Shown here: positions 19,137-28,964 of the stretch, piece by piece
How positions within the stretch are numbered: position 1 is the stretch's first letter
Layout: each line of letters opens with the position of its first letter
Assembly (NCBI GenBank): GCA_964536645.1
Contig: CAZHYD010000001.1
Coordinates: forward strand, 1-38,423
Origin: an uncultured Ruminococcus sp.
GTDB lineage: Bacteria; Bacillota; Clostridia; Oscillospirales; Acutalibacteraceae
DNA: 38,423 nt
Reading direction: 5' to 3'
Position numbers and translations under genes: made by a program
The notes under the pieces: model-generated
What the model was told of the DNA's origin: nothing
Database searches by the model: none
What the model saw: only the letters and a program-made list of their open reading frames with translations

Positions 19137-19614
19137 TTTTCTTTAATTTGTATTCCTTTACGGTATCTAAAACTAAATAAAGGATAATAAGGCCCATGCC
19201 TACTACTATCGCACAGTCTGCCACGTTGAAAACGGGAAAAGTTTTCCAAAATGCAAACTGCATAAAATCAACAACGTTACCGCCGCGGAAAATACGGTCG
19301 ATAAGGTTGCCTATACCGCCCGAAAGAGCAAGGCTTAAAGCCCAAAAAAACAACTTGTTTTTACCAAAGGCTTTAATAAGCACGAAAATGCCGAAAATCA
19401 TAATCGCCGCGGTGAAAACAACCAAAAGCCAGGTTCTGCCCTCAAGCATGCCCCATGCGGCACCGCGGTTATGTATGTAAACAATATCTATAAGTCCCGG
19501 CAAAAATTTTGCCGTTTCATATAGCTCTAAATTTGCGGTAATAAAGTATTTGGAAATTTGGTCGCCTATAACCACCAACACTGCAACCGCAAGACTTAAA
19601 ATATACGAAATCAA
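19129..19614 (-). CDS. lspA: Lipoprotein signal peptidase (signal peptidase II)
   Basis: 161 aa with four TM segments and motifs NRGAAWGM and FNVAD. Overlaps the rluD start. Confidence 0.9.
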   Translation of the reverse strand: MISYILSLAVAVLVVIGDQISKYFITANLELYETAKFLPGLIDIVYIHNRGAAWGMLEGRTWLLVVFTAAIMIFGIFVLIKAFGKNKLFFWALSLALSGGIGNLIDRIFRGGNVVDFMQFAFWKTFPVFNVADCAIVVGMGLIILYLVLDTVKEYKLKKNG

Positions 19615-19616
19615 AG

Positions 19617-20348
19617 TTATTCCTCTTCTTCAAGTTCTTCAATTACAAATCCGGAATCTTCCACTGCGATATCTTCCGATTCTTCGGTCACGTCATCTTC
19701 CGAAGAAATGAATTTTGAAACGTCGGGAGCCTTGTCCAAATTATTTAAAACATCCGCTGCAACGCACTTAGGATCTGCGGGTACAGTATCCGGTATGGTG
19801 CTCAAAAGTTCAAGATGTTGCTTATATTTTGCGGTAATGGCAGTTTTAAATGCGGCAATTTCAGCCTTAAGCTTATCAAAAAGCATTTGTTGGCGGGCAA
19901 CCGAATCTTCAGCCGCAGCAGTAATACTGTCAGCCTTGTGCTTTGCCTTTGCCACCATTTCTTCAAGCTCTTTTTCAAGGGTTATGCGGCTTTCCTGCGC
20001 CTTCATTTCGAAAACGGCGGCAAGTTCCTTTTCGCGCATAGTAATATCTTCAATGCTGGTCTCGGCGTTGCGGATGATTTCCTCGCTCTTTGCCTTAGCG
20101 TCATTTACAATATTGTCAGCCAAGGTCTGCGCGCTGATAAGCACGTTCTGAATACTGCTCTGCGAAGCCTTATACTCTTCTATCTCGTTGTTTAAAGCTT
20201 CAATTTTCGCTTGATATTCCTTTATTGTGCGTTCAACATTAACGTAGTCTGCCTCAATTTTGTCGAGAAAAACGTCAACCTCATCCTGCTTATAACCGCT
20301 CATTACTCTTGAAAATTTAACGTTTCTGATTTCGGCTGCAGTAAGCAT
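19617..20348 (-). CDS. divIVA: Cell division/polarity protein DivIVA
   Basis: MLTAAEIRNVKFSRVMSGYKQDEVDVFLDKI is the DivIVA N-terminal lipid-binding domain. It is followed by a long coiled coil and an acidic tail. Confidence 0.85.
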   Translation of the reverse strand: MLTAAEIRNVKFSRVMSGYKQDEVDVFLDKIEADYVNVERTIKEYQAKIEALNNEIEEYKASQSSIQNVLISAQTLADNIVNDAKAKSEEIIRNAETSIEDITMREKELAAVFEMKAQESRITLEKELEEMVAKAKHKADSITAAAEDSVARQQMLFDKLKAEIAAFKTAITAKYKQHLELLSTIPDTVPADPKCVAADVLNNLDKAPDVSKFISSEDDVTEESEDIAVEDSGFVIEELEEEE

Positions 20349-20360
20349 AATAATACCACC

Positions 20361-21095
20361 TTAAACATATTTTTTGTATTTTAAAACTATCCTGTTTTTC
20401 TTTGTAATATCACTAATAGACTCAATAAAAAATTTTCCTTTGCCGCGAATTGTAACAACATCACCCGCCGCTACCGATTTTGTGGGCTTTGAAACCTCTT
20501 GCGAATTAAGACTCACAAGCCCTGCTGCAATTTTTTCTAGGCTCAGGTTTCGCGAGGTGCTTGCAAGTGCGGCTACAACAGCGTCAATTCTGGAGGATGC
20601 CACCGTTTGCGAAAAGCTTTCAAGCTTCGCACCCTTTGGAAGTGAATTTGTAAAGCCGATTTGTGCTTTAACGCCCGTTCTGCCGATTTTTTCAATCTGC
20701 GATACAACATAGTCGGCAACATCAAGGGATACAAAGCACACCGCTCTGCCCTCTTCTATAAGTATGTCGCCAACCTTTTCACGTTTAAGACCAAGTCCCA
20801 TAAGCGCGCCCAAAACGTCCCTATGGGTCAGCGTTTCGCTTTTGCGAAAAGTAAAATTTACCTGAGTAACGGGGAAATCGTCCTCATTAAGATAATCGCA
20901 AAAACAGGCAAGATAACGCCGCGCGGCATCTTTATACCCGCCGTAAAAGCTATACTTCACCTTTTTGTTTTTTAAAACACTTTCGGCAAAGCTTACCTCC
21001 TCTTCGGAAAGAAAGCCCAAAAACTTTGCGCTAAAGGTTTTTTCGCAAAGTGCTACGGTGTCAAGTATTCGCGCCCTTAAAAGTTCAGAGTCCAT
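20361..21095 (-). CDS. ylmH: YlmH-family RNA-binding protein (S4 domain)
   Basis: 244 aa with a C-terminal S4-like segment (SRIDAVVAALASTSRNLSLEKIAAGLVSLN). Sits between sepF and divIVA, as in the Bacillus ylm operon. Confidence 0.72.
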   Translation of the reverse strand: MDSELLRARILDTVALCEKTFSAKFLGFLSEEEVSFAESVLKNKKVKYSFYGGYKDAARRYLACFCDYLNEDDFPVTQVNFTFRKSETLTHRDVLGALMGLGLKREKVGDILIEEGRAVCFVSLDVADYVVSQIEKIGRTGVKAQIGFTNSLPKGAKLESFSQTVASSRIDAVVAALASTSRNLSLEKIAAGLVSLNSQEVSKPTKSVAAGDVVTIRGKGKFFIESISDITKKNRIVLKYKKYV

Positions 21096-21563
21096 TTAAA
21101 AATACATATTTTCTTCGTATTCTTCGGGCATAACCTCGCCCATCATATCAACGCCGTTAGGCACAATAAGGAAGGTGCCTCTTGAAACCTTGCGCATATT
21201 GCCGTGATTAGCGTATGTGGCGCCGCTCAAAAAGTCAACAATTCTGCGAGCCAAATCTCTGTCAGCAGATTCAAGGTTTAAAACAACCGTCTTTTTTTCG
21301 TTTAGATGGTCGGCAATAGTTGTAACGTCGTCATACCTGTCAGGCTTAACAAGAACCACCTGCATTTGTGAATTAAGAGTTACCGACTTTGTTTTGCCGC
21401 CTACTATTCTGGGAGACTGGTCAACCTTTTTGGGCTGCTGATAGTCGTGGCGCTCAGCCTTTTTTGAAGACTCGGCTTTTTCAGCTGTAACTACATTTTC
21501 ATCCTCAAACTCGTCCTCATCAGGTATAAAAATAATGTTTTTAATACTATCAAAAAGTTTCAT
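21096..21563 (-). CDS. sepF: Cell division protein SepF
   Basis: 155 aa with an N-terminal amphipathic MKLFDSIKNIIF and a conserved core (VVLVKPDRYDDVTTIADHLNEKKTVVLNLE...ARRIVDFLSGATYA). Confidence 0.85.
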   Translation of the reverse strand: MKLFDSIKNIIFIPDEDEFEDENVVTAEKAESSKKAERHDYQQPKKVDQSPRIVGGKTKSVTLNSQMQVVLVKPDRYDDVTTIADHLNEKKTVVLNLESADRDLARRIVDFLSGATYANHGNMRKVSRGTFLIVPNGVDMMGEVMPEEYEENMYF

Positions 21564-21583
21564 TTTCTAACTCCTTTAAAATT

Positions 21584-22294
21584 TTAATTGTAGTTTCGTT
21601 TGCCGAAGAGCGCCGTTCCTAAACGGACAAGTGTAGCACCCTCCTCGATAGCAACGTCAAAATCGTCCGACATTCCCATAGAAAGAATATCTATATTACT
21701 ATTATCTATTTTTTTATGGCTTATGTCAATAAACAGTTTATACATTTTCTGAAAATATTTGCGATTTTCCTCGGCAGAGTTACAAATAGGCGGAATTGCC
21801 ATAAGTCCTCTTATCTTAATATTCTCAAATTTAGAAATTTCTGTCAAAGCGGCCATCACTTCGTCTTCATTAAAGCCCCATTTAGATTCCTCGTCTCCAA
21901 TGTTAACTTCAAGCAGTATATCCATAACCTTATCGTGTTTTTTTGCCTGCTTAGAAATTTCCTTGGCAAGTTTTACCGAATCTACCGATTCTATCATCTC
22001 AACGCGGTCTATAATGTATTTAACCTTGTTTGTTTGAAGATGGCCTATAAAGTGCCTGTGTGCACCTACAATATCGTCATCCTTTAAAAGAAGCTCCTGC
22101 ACCTTGTTTTCGCCGATATATGAAATACCCTTGCTTATAGCGTAATTAACTGTGTTTGCATCCACCGTTTTAATGGCGGCAAGCAGTATAATATCCTCTT
22201 TTTTGTGAGGACTTTTCTCTACTGCGGCGTCAAAGCGTTTGAGCACGGCTTCAAAATTTGCGTCAAACTCGTTATGTGATAATTTTTCCGTCAT
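21584..22294 (-). CDS. yggS: YggS/YlmE-family pyridoxal-phosphate-binding protein
   Basis: 236 aa. LLAAIKTV (PLP Lys), GENKVQE, HFIGHLQTNKVK and SMGMSDD. Sits upstream of sepF. Confidence 0.85.
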   Translation of the reverse strand: MTEKLSHNEFDANFEAVLKRFDAAVEKSPHKKEDIILLAAIKTVDANTVNYAISKGISYIGENKVQELLLKDDDIVGAHRHFIGHLQTNKVKYIIDRVEMIESVDSVKLAKEISKQAKKHDKVMDILLEVNIGDEESKWGFNEDEVMAALTEISKFENIKIRGLMAIPPICNSAEENRKYFQKMYKLFIDISHKKIDNSNIDILSMGMSDDFDVAIEEGATLVRLGTALFGKRNYN

Positions 22295-23468
22295 AAAGAT
22301 TCCGTCCTTTCACTATAACGCAATCATACAACTCAAGCGAAGAATCTACGTCTTTTTTGCAAATTATATAATCGTCTGCGGTGTAAACAATTTCTATCGG
22401 AACGAACTTTGCTTGCATACCCAGCAGCACGTATACACCTCTTACAGAATCAACAACGCGAAGGGCCTTTTTAGAAACCTTAAGACCGCTGTATTCTGCG
22501 CTGATTATTTCAACGCTTAAATTTCTTGCCGAAGAAAGTTCGCTGTTCATTTCGTCGCAAGAAAAAACTATAACCGCGTCGGAACCCGACTGAGAAATAT
22601 TTATCTTTGCCACCTTAACGTTAAGCTCAGGCGCAGATTTAAGGTTTGTTTTAAGCTTAAGGGTGTCCCCTTCTTTATAGTTTTTGGACTGTGTTATTGA
22701 AACCGTTGCGGCGATATACCACTCATAATCGGAAACGATTTTTCCTATAACGTTTTCACCGTAGCTTTCCCTTGTGGCAGTTTCTAAAAACTCAGGAGTT
22801 ATATTGCCTAAATTATCTGCGGTGTAAATCTGCTCGTATCCGTCGGTTTTGGAAACAAAATAACCCGATTTTTCAGCTGTAACACTGGTTTTCACCTGCG
22901 GCAGATTTGCATTAAGCAGGGAAAGTTCTGTATTAAGGCCGTCAAGTATGTCGGTGAAATCCACCGAATCACCCATAGCGGCCTGCCTGCGATTTATGAG
23001 TGATAAAAGCTCGTCTGAAGCGGTGCTTACATTTGTAAAGCTCCCTGTCGAAGCCGAGAATAAAAGGTCGGCAACAGCGTCATCTATCTTGCTGTTAATA
23101 ACTGTAAGATTTGCTGCCTCAAAGTCGTTATAGCTTAAAATTTCCTCAATATCCTCTATCTTGGCTTTTATGCTTTCTATTTGCGAAACGGTAATAGATG
23201 CCGACTCTGTTCCGTAGACGTTTGCAATTACACCGTTTTTGGAAACGCGCTTGCCGTCCTCGGTCAAGAAGTGCATTACGCCCTCCCCGTTATAGTAAAC
23301 CAAGGTTTCGCTTCTGAAAATACTTGCTGAAGCCTTTACCCCGTCGGAAACGGTGTAGTAAGCAGCGGTTTCGGTTGTGATGGGATTGTAAACACCCGAT
23401 ATTACCTGATTGCCGATAAATACTGTGGCTAAAAGTATCAGTGCTATGCTTAAGGCTTTGCCTTTCAC
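22272..23468 (-). CDS. Membrane-anchored HlyD/membrane-fusion-protein-like protein, with no transporter partner nearby
   Basis: 398 aa with an N-terminal TM anchor (ALSIALILLATVFIGNQVI), a central helical/coiled region and a beta-rich C-terminus (GLKVSKKALRVVDSVRGVYVLL...). The GTG start overlaps the miaA TGA (GTGTGA), with a GGGAGG SD 7 nt upstream. The 3' end overlaps yggS by 23 nt. Family assignment is tentative. Confidence 0.45.
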   Translation of the reverse strand: MKGKALSIALILLATVFIGNQVISGVYNPITTETAAYYTVSDGVKASASIFRSETLVYYNGEGVMHFLTEDGKRVSKNGVIANVYGTESASITVSQIESIKAKIEDIEEILSYNDFEAANLTVINSKIDDAVADLLFSASTGSFTNVSTASDELLSLINRRQAAMGDSVDFTDILDGLNTELSLLNANLPQVKTSVTAEKSGYFVSKTDGYEQIYTADNLGNITPEFLETATRESYGENVIGKIVSDYEWYIAATVSITQSKNYKEGDTLKLKTNLKSAPELNVKVAKINISQSGSDAVIVFSCDEMNSELSSARNLSVEIISAEYSGLKVSKKALRVVDSVRGVYVLLGMQAKFVPIEIVYTADDYIICKKDVDSSLELYDCVIVKGRNLYDGKIIT

Positions 23469-24406
23469 ACCTTTTCCTCCCTAAAAAATTCGTTAATCAA
23501 TTCTCGACAACGACAAGCTGTGTCCGACTCTTCGTCGGCATAAATCCAATTCACGCGCTCGTCTTTTCTCCACCAGGTAAGCTGACGTTTTGCATACCTT
23601 CTTGTCTGCTGTTTTAAAAGCTCTGCCGCCTCGTCAAGCGTCCTTTCACCCTTAAAACAGCCGTAAAGTTCTTTGTGGCCTATTGCCTGAAAAGCGCCGG
23701 TACCGTCTGCCGCAGAAAAGGTAGTCTTTGCCTCTTGTAAAAGGCCGTTTTCAAGCATAATGTCTACTCTTTTATTTATCCTGTCGTAAAGCTTTTGTCG
23801 GTCGCGGTAGGTTATACCTATAACCAACGGGTCTATAAAAGATTCCTCATTGTGAGAAAGGTCGTTTTGCTCGGTTATGGTCTTTCCCGTAAGCTTATAA
23901 ACTTCAAAAGCTCTTATTATGCGGTGGCGGTTATTAGGGTGAAGCTTGGCCGCGGCATCGGGATCGATTTCCGCCAACTCTTCAAGCATTCTCTCTCCCC
24001 CGATTTCTTCAAACCGATTGTCAAGCTCACGGCGGAGGTCATAATCGGTAGCCTCTTCCAAAAAGATAGTATTATTAAGAAGTGCGGACACATAAAGTCC
24101 TGTTCCGCCTACTACTATAGGCAATTTTGAACGGCTGTCAATTTCCTTTATACGTTCCCTTGCTTTCAAAACGTAATCCGCAACCGAAAAGCTTTCGTTT
24201 AAATCTAAAAACTCAAGCAAATGGTGAGGTACGCCCTGCATTTCGGCCTCGTTCGGCGCAGCAGACGCTATGTGAATGCCTTTGTATATCTGCATAGAAT
24301 CGGCCGATATTATTTCGCCCGAGTATTTCTTTGCGATTTCTATTCCCAGCCCCGTTTTACCCGAAGCCGTAGGCCCCACAACAAAAATTGTTTTTATTTT
24401 TTTCAT
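23465..24406 (-). CDS. miaA: tRNA dimethylallyltransferase
   Basis: 313 aa. VVGPTASGKTGLGIEIA P-loop, ISADSMQIYKG, and RRYAKRQLTWWR at the C-terminal end. Confidence 0.92.
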   Translation of the reverse strand: MKKIKTIFVVGPTASGKTGLGIEIAKKYSGEIISADSMQIYKGIHIASAAPNEAEMQGVPHHLLEFLDLNESFSVADYVLKARERIKEIDSRSKLPIVVGGTGLYVSALLNNTIFLEEATDYDLRRELDNRFEEIGGERMLEELAEIDPDAAAKLHPNNRHRIIRAFEVYKLTGKTITEQNDLSHNEESFIDPLVIGITYRDRQKLYDRINKRVDIMLENGLLQEAKTTFSAADGTGAFQAIGHKELYGCFKGERTLDEAAELLKQQTRRYAKRQLTWWRKDERVNWIYADEESDTACRCRELINEFFREEKV

Positions 24407-26298
24407 TGTATTCTTCCAAATTGTTTTTCAAGTTCCCGCTTCTTTATTTCAAAAGCAACGGGTCTACCGTGAGGGCAATACATTATATCCTTGTCGTAAA
24501 GGACCCTTTCTGCCAAATCCTGCATTTCAAGTGCGGTAGTTTTATAGCCTGCTTTAATAGCCGCCTTGCAAGCAACGGTGTGGAAAAGGTCATCCTCCCT
24601 TTCGGTAGAAATATTGCCGTTTTTAATAAGCGAGTGGGCAATTTCGGACATAAGCGACGAAATATCTTCACCCACAAGGTAGCTCGGCAAACCGCGCACC
24701 ATAACCGAACTGTTGCCGAAATCTTCAACCTCAAACCCTGCGTTTTGCAAAAGGTCTGTGTTGTTTATTACGGCGTCGTATTCTTCGGCGGTCAAAATTG
24801 CGGTAGAGGGTGTTAAAAGCTGCTGAACTTCAATTTTCCTCTCGGCCTTCAACTTGTTAAAAAGTATTCTTTCGTGGGCAGCGTGCTTATCTATCATAAA
24901 AATACTGTCGCCCATCTGCGCGATAATATATGTCGAAAAGGCTTCGCCGATTATCTTAATTATTTCCCTTGCCTGCACTTCTGTTTCTTGTGCTTTCTCG
25001 GCAGGTTTTACGGGAATTACCTCTTCGGTCTTTACAATATCAACGTTTTTCTCTGTCTTTTTTTCATAAGGAACAACCGCGTTTTCAAAATCAACCTTGC
25101 CGTAAAAAATTTCGGCAGCAAAAGGCTCTTTGCGGCTTTTAAAAGTGCTTTGTGCAACCTTTTCCTTATTAAAGGTCACAGGCGGCTTCGTATATATTTC
25201 TTCGGCAACGGTCTTTTCGGTGTTTATCACCTGCTGACGAAACTGCGCTGTACTCATTTGCTCAAATTTGTTAAAAACAGACTTATTAAGTTTAATTTCG
25301 GGTCTTGTATCACCTTGGTTTAAAGCGTTTTTAACAGCCGCATAAACTGCCGAAAAAATCTTTCTTTCGTCGGCAAAGCGCACCTCGGTTTTAGCGGGAT
25401 GAACGTTTACGTCTACAGTGTCAAAAGGCATTGTTATATAAAGTACAAAGCCGGGGAATTTGCCCACCATAGCGCTGTTTTTATAAGCCTGCTCGACAGC
25501 GGCAACAACAGTGCCCGACCTTACAAGTCGGCCGTTTATAAAGGTAAACTGATTATTCCTTGTAGGACGGCAAAAAACAGGCTTGCAGGTAAGGCCCGAA
25601 ACGCCGATATTTTCATCCGTAAAATCGACGTCAATAAGTCCGCCCGAAAATTCGCGACCAAGCACACTGTAAACGGCGGATTTAATATTTCCGTCACCCG
25701 CGGTGGAAAGTGTTACCTTGCCGTCGCGTATAAATTTAAAGGAAACTTCGGGGTGAGAAAGGGCGATTCTGTCCACAACGGCGGCGCAGGAATTAGCTTC
25801 CGAAACGTCTTTTTTAAGGAACTTCATTCTTGCGGGGGTGTTGTAAAAAATATCCCTTATTATGATGGTCGTACCCCTAGGGCAACCGCTTTCTTCGTAA
25901 AGGACTTCTCCACCGCCCTCAATAACATAATGTGTGCCGAAATCGGCATCAGGCGTTGCTGTAAGCATTTCCACACACGCTACTGAGGAAATTGCGGCAA
26001 GCGCTTCTCCTCTGAAACCTAACGTAGCAATATTATTAAGGTCAAATTCCTGCTTGATTTTACTTGTGGCGTGGCGCAAAAATGCCGTCGGAACGTCCCC
26101 GTGGGAAATACCGCAGCCGTTATCGGTAATGCGGATATATGTAATACCGCCGCGCTGAATTTCAACCGTTATAACGGTAGCTCCCGCGTCTATTGAATTT
26201 TCTACAAGCTCCTTTATTACCGAAGCGGGTCTTTCAACCACTTCGCCCGCGGCTATAAGCTCAGCTACGTTTTTGGGTAAAAGATTAATTTTAGGCAT
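24403..26298 (-). CDS. mutL: DNA mismatch repair protein MutL
   Basis: 631 aa. The GHKL ATPase N-terminus reads IAAGEVVERPASVIKELVENSIDAG...DNGCGI. The C-terminal dimerisation domain carries DKHAAHERI. Confidence 0.93.
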   Translation of the reverse strand: MPKINLLPKNVAELIAAGEVVERPASVIKELVENSIDAGATVITVEIQRGGITYIRITDNGCGISHGDVPTAFLRHATSKIKQEFDLNNIATLGFRGEALAAISSVACVEMLTATPDADFGTHYVIEGGGEVLYEESGCPRGTTIIIRDIFYNTPARMKFLKKDVSEANSCAAVVDRIALSHPEVSFKFIRDGKVTLSTAGDGNIKSAVYSVLGREFSGGLIDVDFTDENIGVSGLTCKPVFCRPTRNNQFTFINGRLVRSGTVVAAVEQAYKNSAMVGKFPGFVLYITMPFDTVDVNVHPAKTEVRFADERKIFSAVYAAVKNALNQGDTRPEIKLNKSVFNKFEQMSTAQFRQQVINTEKTVAEEIYTKPPVTFNKEKVAQSTFKSRKEPFAAEIFYGKVDFENAVVPYEKKTEKNVDIVKTEEVIPVKPAEKAQETEVQAREIIKIIGEAFSTYIIAQMGDSIFMIDKHAAHERILFNKLKAERKIEVQQLLTPSTAILTAEEYDAVINNTDLLQNAGFEVEDFGNSSVMVRGLPSYLVGEDISSLMSEIAHSLIKNGNISTEREDDLFHTVACKAAIKAGYKTTALEMQDLAERVLYDKDIMYCPHGRPVAFEIKKRELEKQFGRIQ

Positions 26299-26331
26299 TA
26301 TTGCACCTTCTTTCGTTGTTTTTTGTATGTT

Positions 26332-28932
26332 TTAAATAGATTTTGCCTTGTTGCAAATATCAAAAAGAATTTGCATTGCTTCAATGGGGGTAAGTGTGTT
26401 TACGTCTATCGTTTGAAGCTCTTTTAAAATTTCTTGAGATGCTATCATTTCTAAGGGTAGCTGCATATTATTGTCGGCAACGGTTTTATAAGTGACAATT
26501 CCGTCTGTTTCAACCGATTTAAGAATTTCCTTTGCCCTTGTGATTATGGTTGAGGGAATTCCGCTAAGCGATGCCACTTCAATACCGTAACTGTCGTCCG
26601 CACTGCCTCTTACTATGCGGCGCAAGAAGGTAATATCGTTACCGCGTTTTTTAACCGCAACGTTGTAATTTTTAATTGAAGCGAACTCGTTTTCCATTTC
26701 GGTCAGTTCGTGATAATGGGTTGCAAAAAGGGTCTTCGCGCCAAGTTTTTTCTTATCGGCAACGTATTCAAGCACAGCACGTGCAATAGACATACCGTCA
26801 TAAGTAGAGGTGCCGCGGCCTATTTCATCTAAAATAAGCAAACTCTGATTTGTGGCATTTTTAATAATGTCAGCCACTTCGCTCATTTCAACCATAAAGG
26901 TTGACTGGCCCGAAGCCAAATCGTCCGAAGCACCAACGCGGGTAAACACCGCATCCACAACACCTATTTCGGCAGATGTTGCGGGCACAAAGCAGCCTAT
27001 CTGCGCCATAAGGGTTATAATTGCTACTTGACGCATATAGGTGGACTTGCCCGCCATATTAGGACCTGTTATAATGGCACATCTGTCATCCCGCATATTA
27101 AGGTATGTATCGTTTGCCACAAAGGGAGTTTTGATTACCTGTTCAACAACGGGATGGCGACCCTCTTTAATGGATATAACGCCGCTGTTGTTGACAAGCG
27201 GACGGCAGTAATGATTTTCTGCCGAAACTGTTGAAAGTGAGCATAAAACGTCAAGCTTAGCAATGGCAGAAGCTGTTTTTTGAAAACGGATTATCTCTGC
27301 CGCCGTTCTTTTGCGAACGTCATCAAAAAGCTCGTACTCAAGCTGAAAAGCCCTGTCCTTTGCACTAAGCAGTCGGTTTTCAAGGTCTTTAAGCTCCTCG
27401 GTTATAAAGCGTTCCGCTCCCGTAAGGGTCTGTTTTCTTATATAATCTTCGGGCACTTTATCAAGAAAAGAATTTGTAACCTCAATATAATATCCGAAAA
27501 CCTTATTGTATTTAACCTTAAGGTTTTTAATGCCTGTACGCTCTTTTTCGCGACTTTCAATTTCGGTTAAAATGTTTGTACCGTCGGTCATATCGCCGCG
27601 AAGCAAATCAAGCTCGGCGTTGTAACCTTTTCTTATAATGCCGCCCTCTTTTACGGTTGCGGGAGGGTTATCATCAATAGCGTTTCTTATAAGTGAAGAA
27701 ATATCTTCAAGGGTGTCAATTTCGTTGTATATCTCTTTAAGCTGCTTGCACTGCACAGAAGAAAGCAAAGCTTTAATATCTGGCAAAGCCTCTAAAGTGG
27801 AGGCAATTGAGTTAAGGTCGCGCGCCGAAGCCGAACCGTAAACTATTTTGGACATTATTCGCTCAATATCGCGTACGCCGCATAAGCTTTGCCCAATTTC
27901 AGAGCGCAAAATCATATTGGAATAAAGCTCTTCAATAGCGTTTTGGCGCAGTGTTATGGGGGTTACGTTCATAAGCGGCTTGGTTATCCAACTGCGAAGC
28001 AAACGCTTACCCATAGCGGTTTTAGTTTTATCAAGCACCCACAAAAGCGAGCCTTTTTTGGACTTTGTACGCATTGTTTCCATAATTTCAAGGTTGCGCA
28101 CGGCCGTAATGTCAAGGTGCATATACTGCTTGTCCGAATAAATTTCAACCTCTTTTATCGAAGTGTTTGAAGAAATGCCCGTTTCGTAAATGTAGTTAAG
28201 GAGAGCTCCCACACTTGCCGCAATAGCAGTTTTGCTTTCAATTCCTATATTTTCGGTACTGATAACGTTAAAGTGCGAAAGCAGACGTCCCTCTGTAGAT
28301 GCAGGGTCAAAATCGGCATCAGGCTTTGAAGTAACAGTACCTGAAAAGTTGTTTTCAAAGAATTCTCTTAGCTTTGTCCACTTTTTAAGAGCTTTTTCAC
28401 CTATTAAAATCTCTTTGGGTCTAAAGCGCGAAAGTTCCTCAATTATCTTATCCTCGCCGCTGTCTTCCGAAAGGGCGGTGGCGTAGCATTCACCTGTTGA
28501 AACGTCGGCAAAGCATATTCCGCAGCCGTTATCGTAAGAAGCTACGGCACAAAGGTAGTTGTTCTTTCCTTCCTCCAGCATAGAATCTTCGAGTACTGTG
28601 CCGGGGGTGATAATTCTGATAATGTCTCTTTTTACAATGCCTTTGGCGGTAGCGGGGTTTTCAACCTGCTCACAAATAGCAACCTTGTGACCTTTTTCCA
28701 CAAGTCTTGCTATATACGCGTCGCAGGCGTGGTAAGGCACGCCGCACATGGGCGCTCTTTCTTTAAGACCGCAGTCCTTACCCGTAAGAACAATATCAAG
28801 CTCTTCGGAGGCGGTTTTAGCGTCTTCAAAAAACATCTCGTAAAAATCGCCCACGCGGAAGAACAAAATACTGTCCTCGTTGTTGCTTTTTATTTCCAAA
28901 TACTGTTGCATCATAGGAGATAATCCTGCCAC
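26332..28932 (-). CDS. mutS: DNA mismatch repair protein MutS
   Basis: 866 aa. SPMMQQYLEIK...FFRVGDFYE (mismatch-binding Phe-x-Glu), Walker A GPNMAGKST, DEIGRGTST and THYHEL. GTG start with a GGAGGAGG SD 5 nt upstream. Confidence 0.95.
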   Translation of the reverse strand: MAGLSPMMQQYLEIKSNNEDSILFFRVGDFYEMFFEDAKTASEELDIVLTGKDCGLKERAPMCGVPYHACDAYIARLVEKGHKVAICEQVENPATAKGIVKRDIIRIITPGTVLEDSMLEEGKNNYLCAVASYDNGCGICFADVSTGECYATALSEDSGEDKIIEELSRFRPKEILIGEKALKKWTKLREFFENNFSGTVTSKPDADFDPASTEGRLLSHFNVISTENIGIESKTAIAASVGALLNYIYETGISSNTSIKEVEIYSDKQYMHLDITAVRNLEIMETMRTKSKKGSLLWVLDKTKTAMGKRLLRSWITKPLMNVTPITLRQNAIEELYSNMILRSEIGQSLCGVRDIERIMSKIVYGSASARDLNSIASTLEALPDIKALLSSVQCKQLKEIYNEIDTLEDISSLIRNAIDDNPPATVKEGGIIRKGYNAELDLLRGDMTDGTNILTEIESREKERTGIKNLKVKYNKVFGYYIEVTNSFLDKVPEDYIRKQTLTGAERFITEELKDLENRLLSAKDRAFQLEYELFDDVRKRTAAEIIRFQKTASAIAKLDVLCSLSTVSAENHYCRPLVNNSGVISIKEGRHPVVEQVIKTPFVANDTYLNMRDDRCAIITGPNMAGKSTYMRQVAIITLMAQIGCFVPATSAEIGVVDAVFTRVGASDDLASGQSTFMVEMSEVADIIKNATNQSLLILDEIGRGTSTYDGMSIARAVLEYVADKKKLGAKTLFATHYHELTEMENEFASIKNYNVAVKKRGNDITFLRRIVRGSADDSYGIEVASLSGIPSTIITRAKEILKSVETDGIVTYKTVADNNMQLPLEMIASQEILKELQTIDVNTLTPIEAMQILFDICNKAKSI

Positions 28933-28964
28933 AAAAACCTCCTCCTTTCCTTTAAAAAATCAAA

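Noticed and set aside
25399-25986. Long plus-strand ORFs lying antisense inside minus-strand genes: 195 aa here, plus 5886-6392, 10453-10914, 19708-20151, 24388-24816, 24874-25323 and 30375-30836.
   Set aside because: Each lies wholly within a confidently identified gene on the other strand. None has an SD or recognisable motifs, and their composition is low-complexity and Arg/Phe/Lys-rich, as expected of shadow ORFs.
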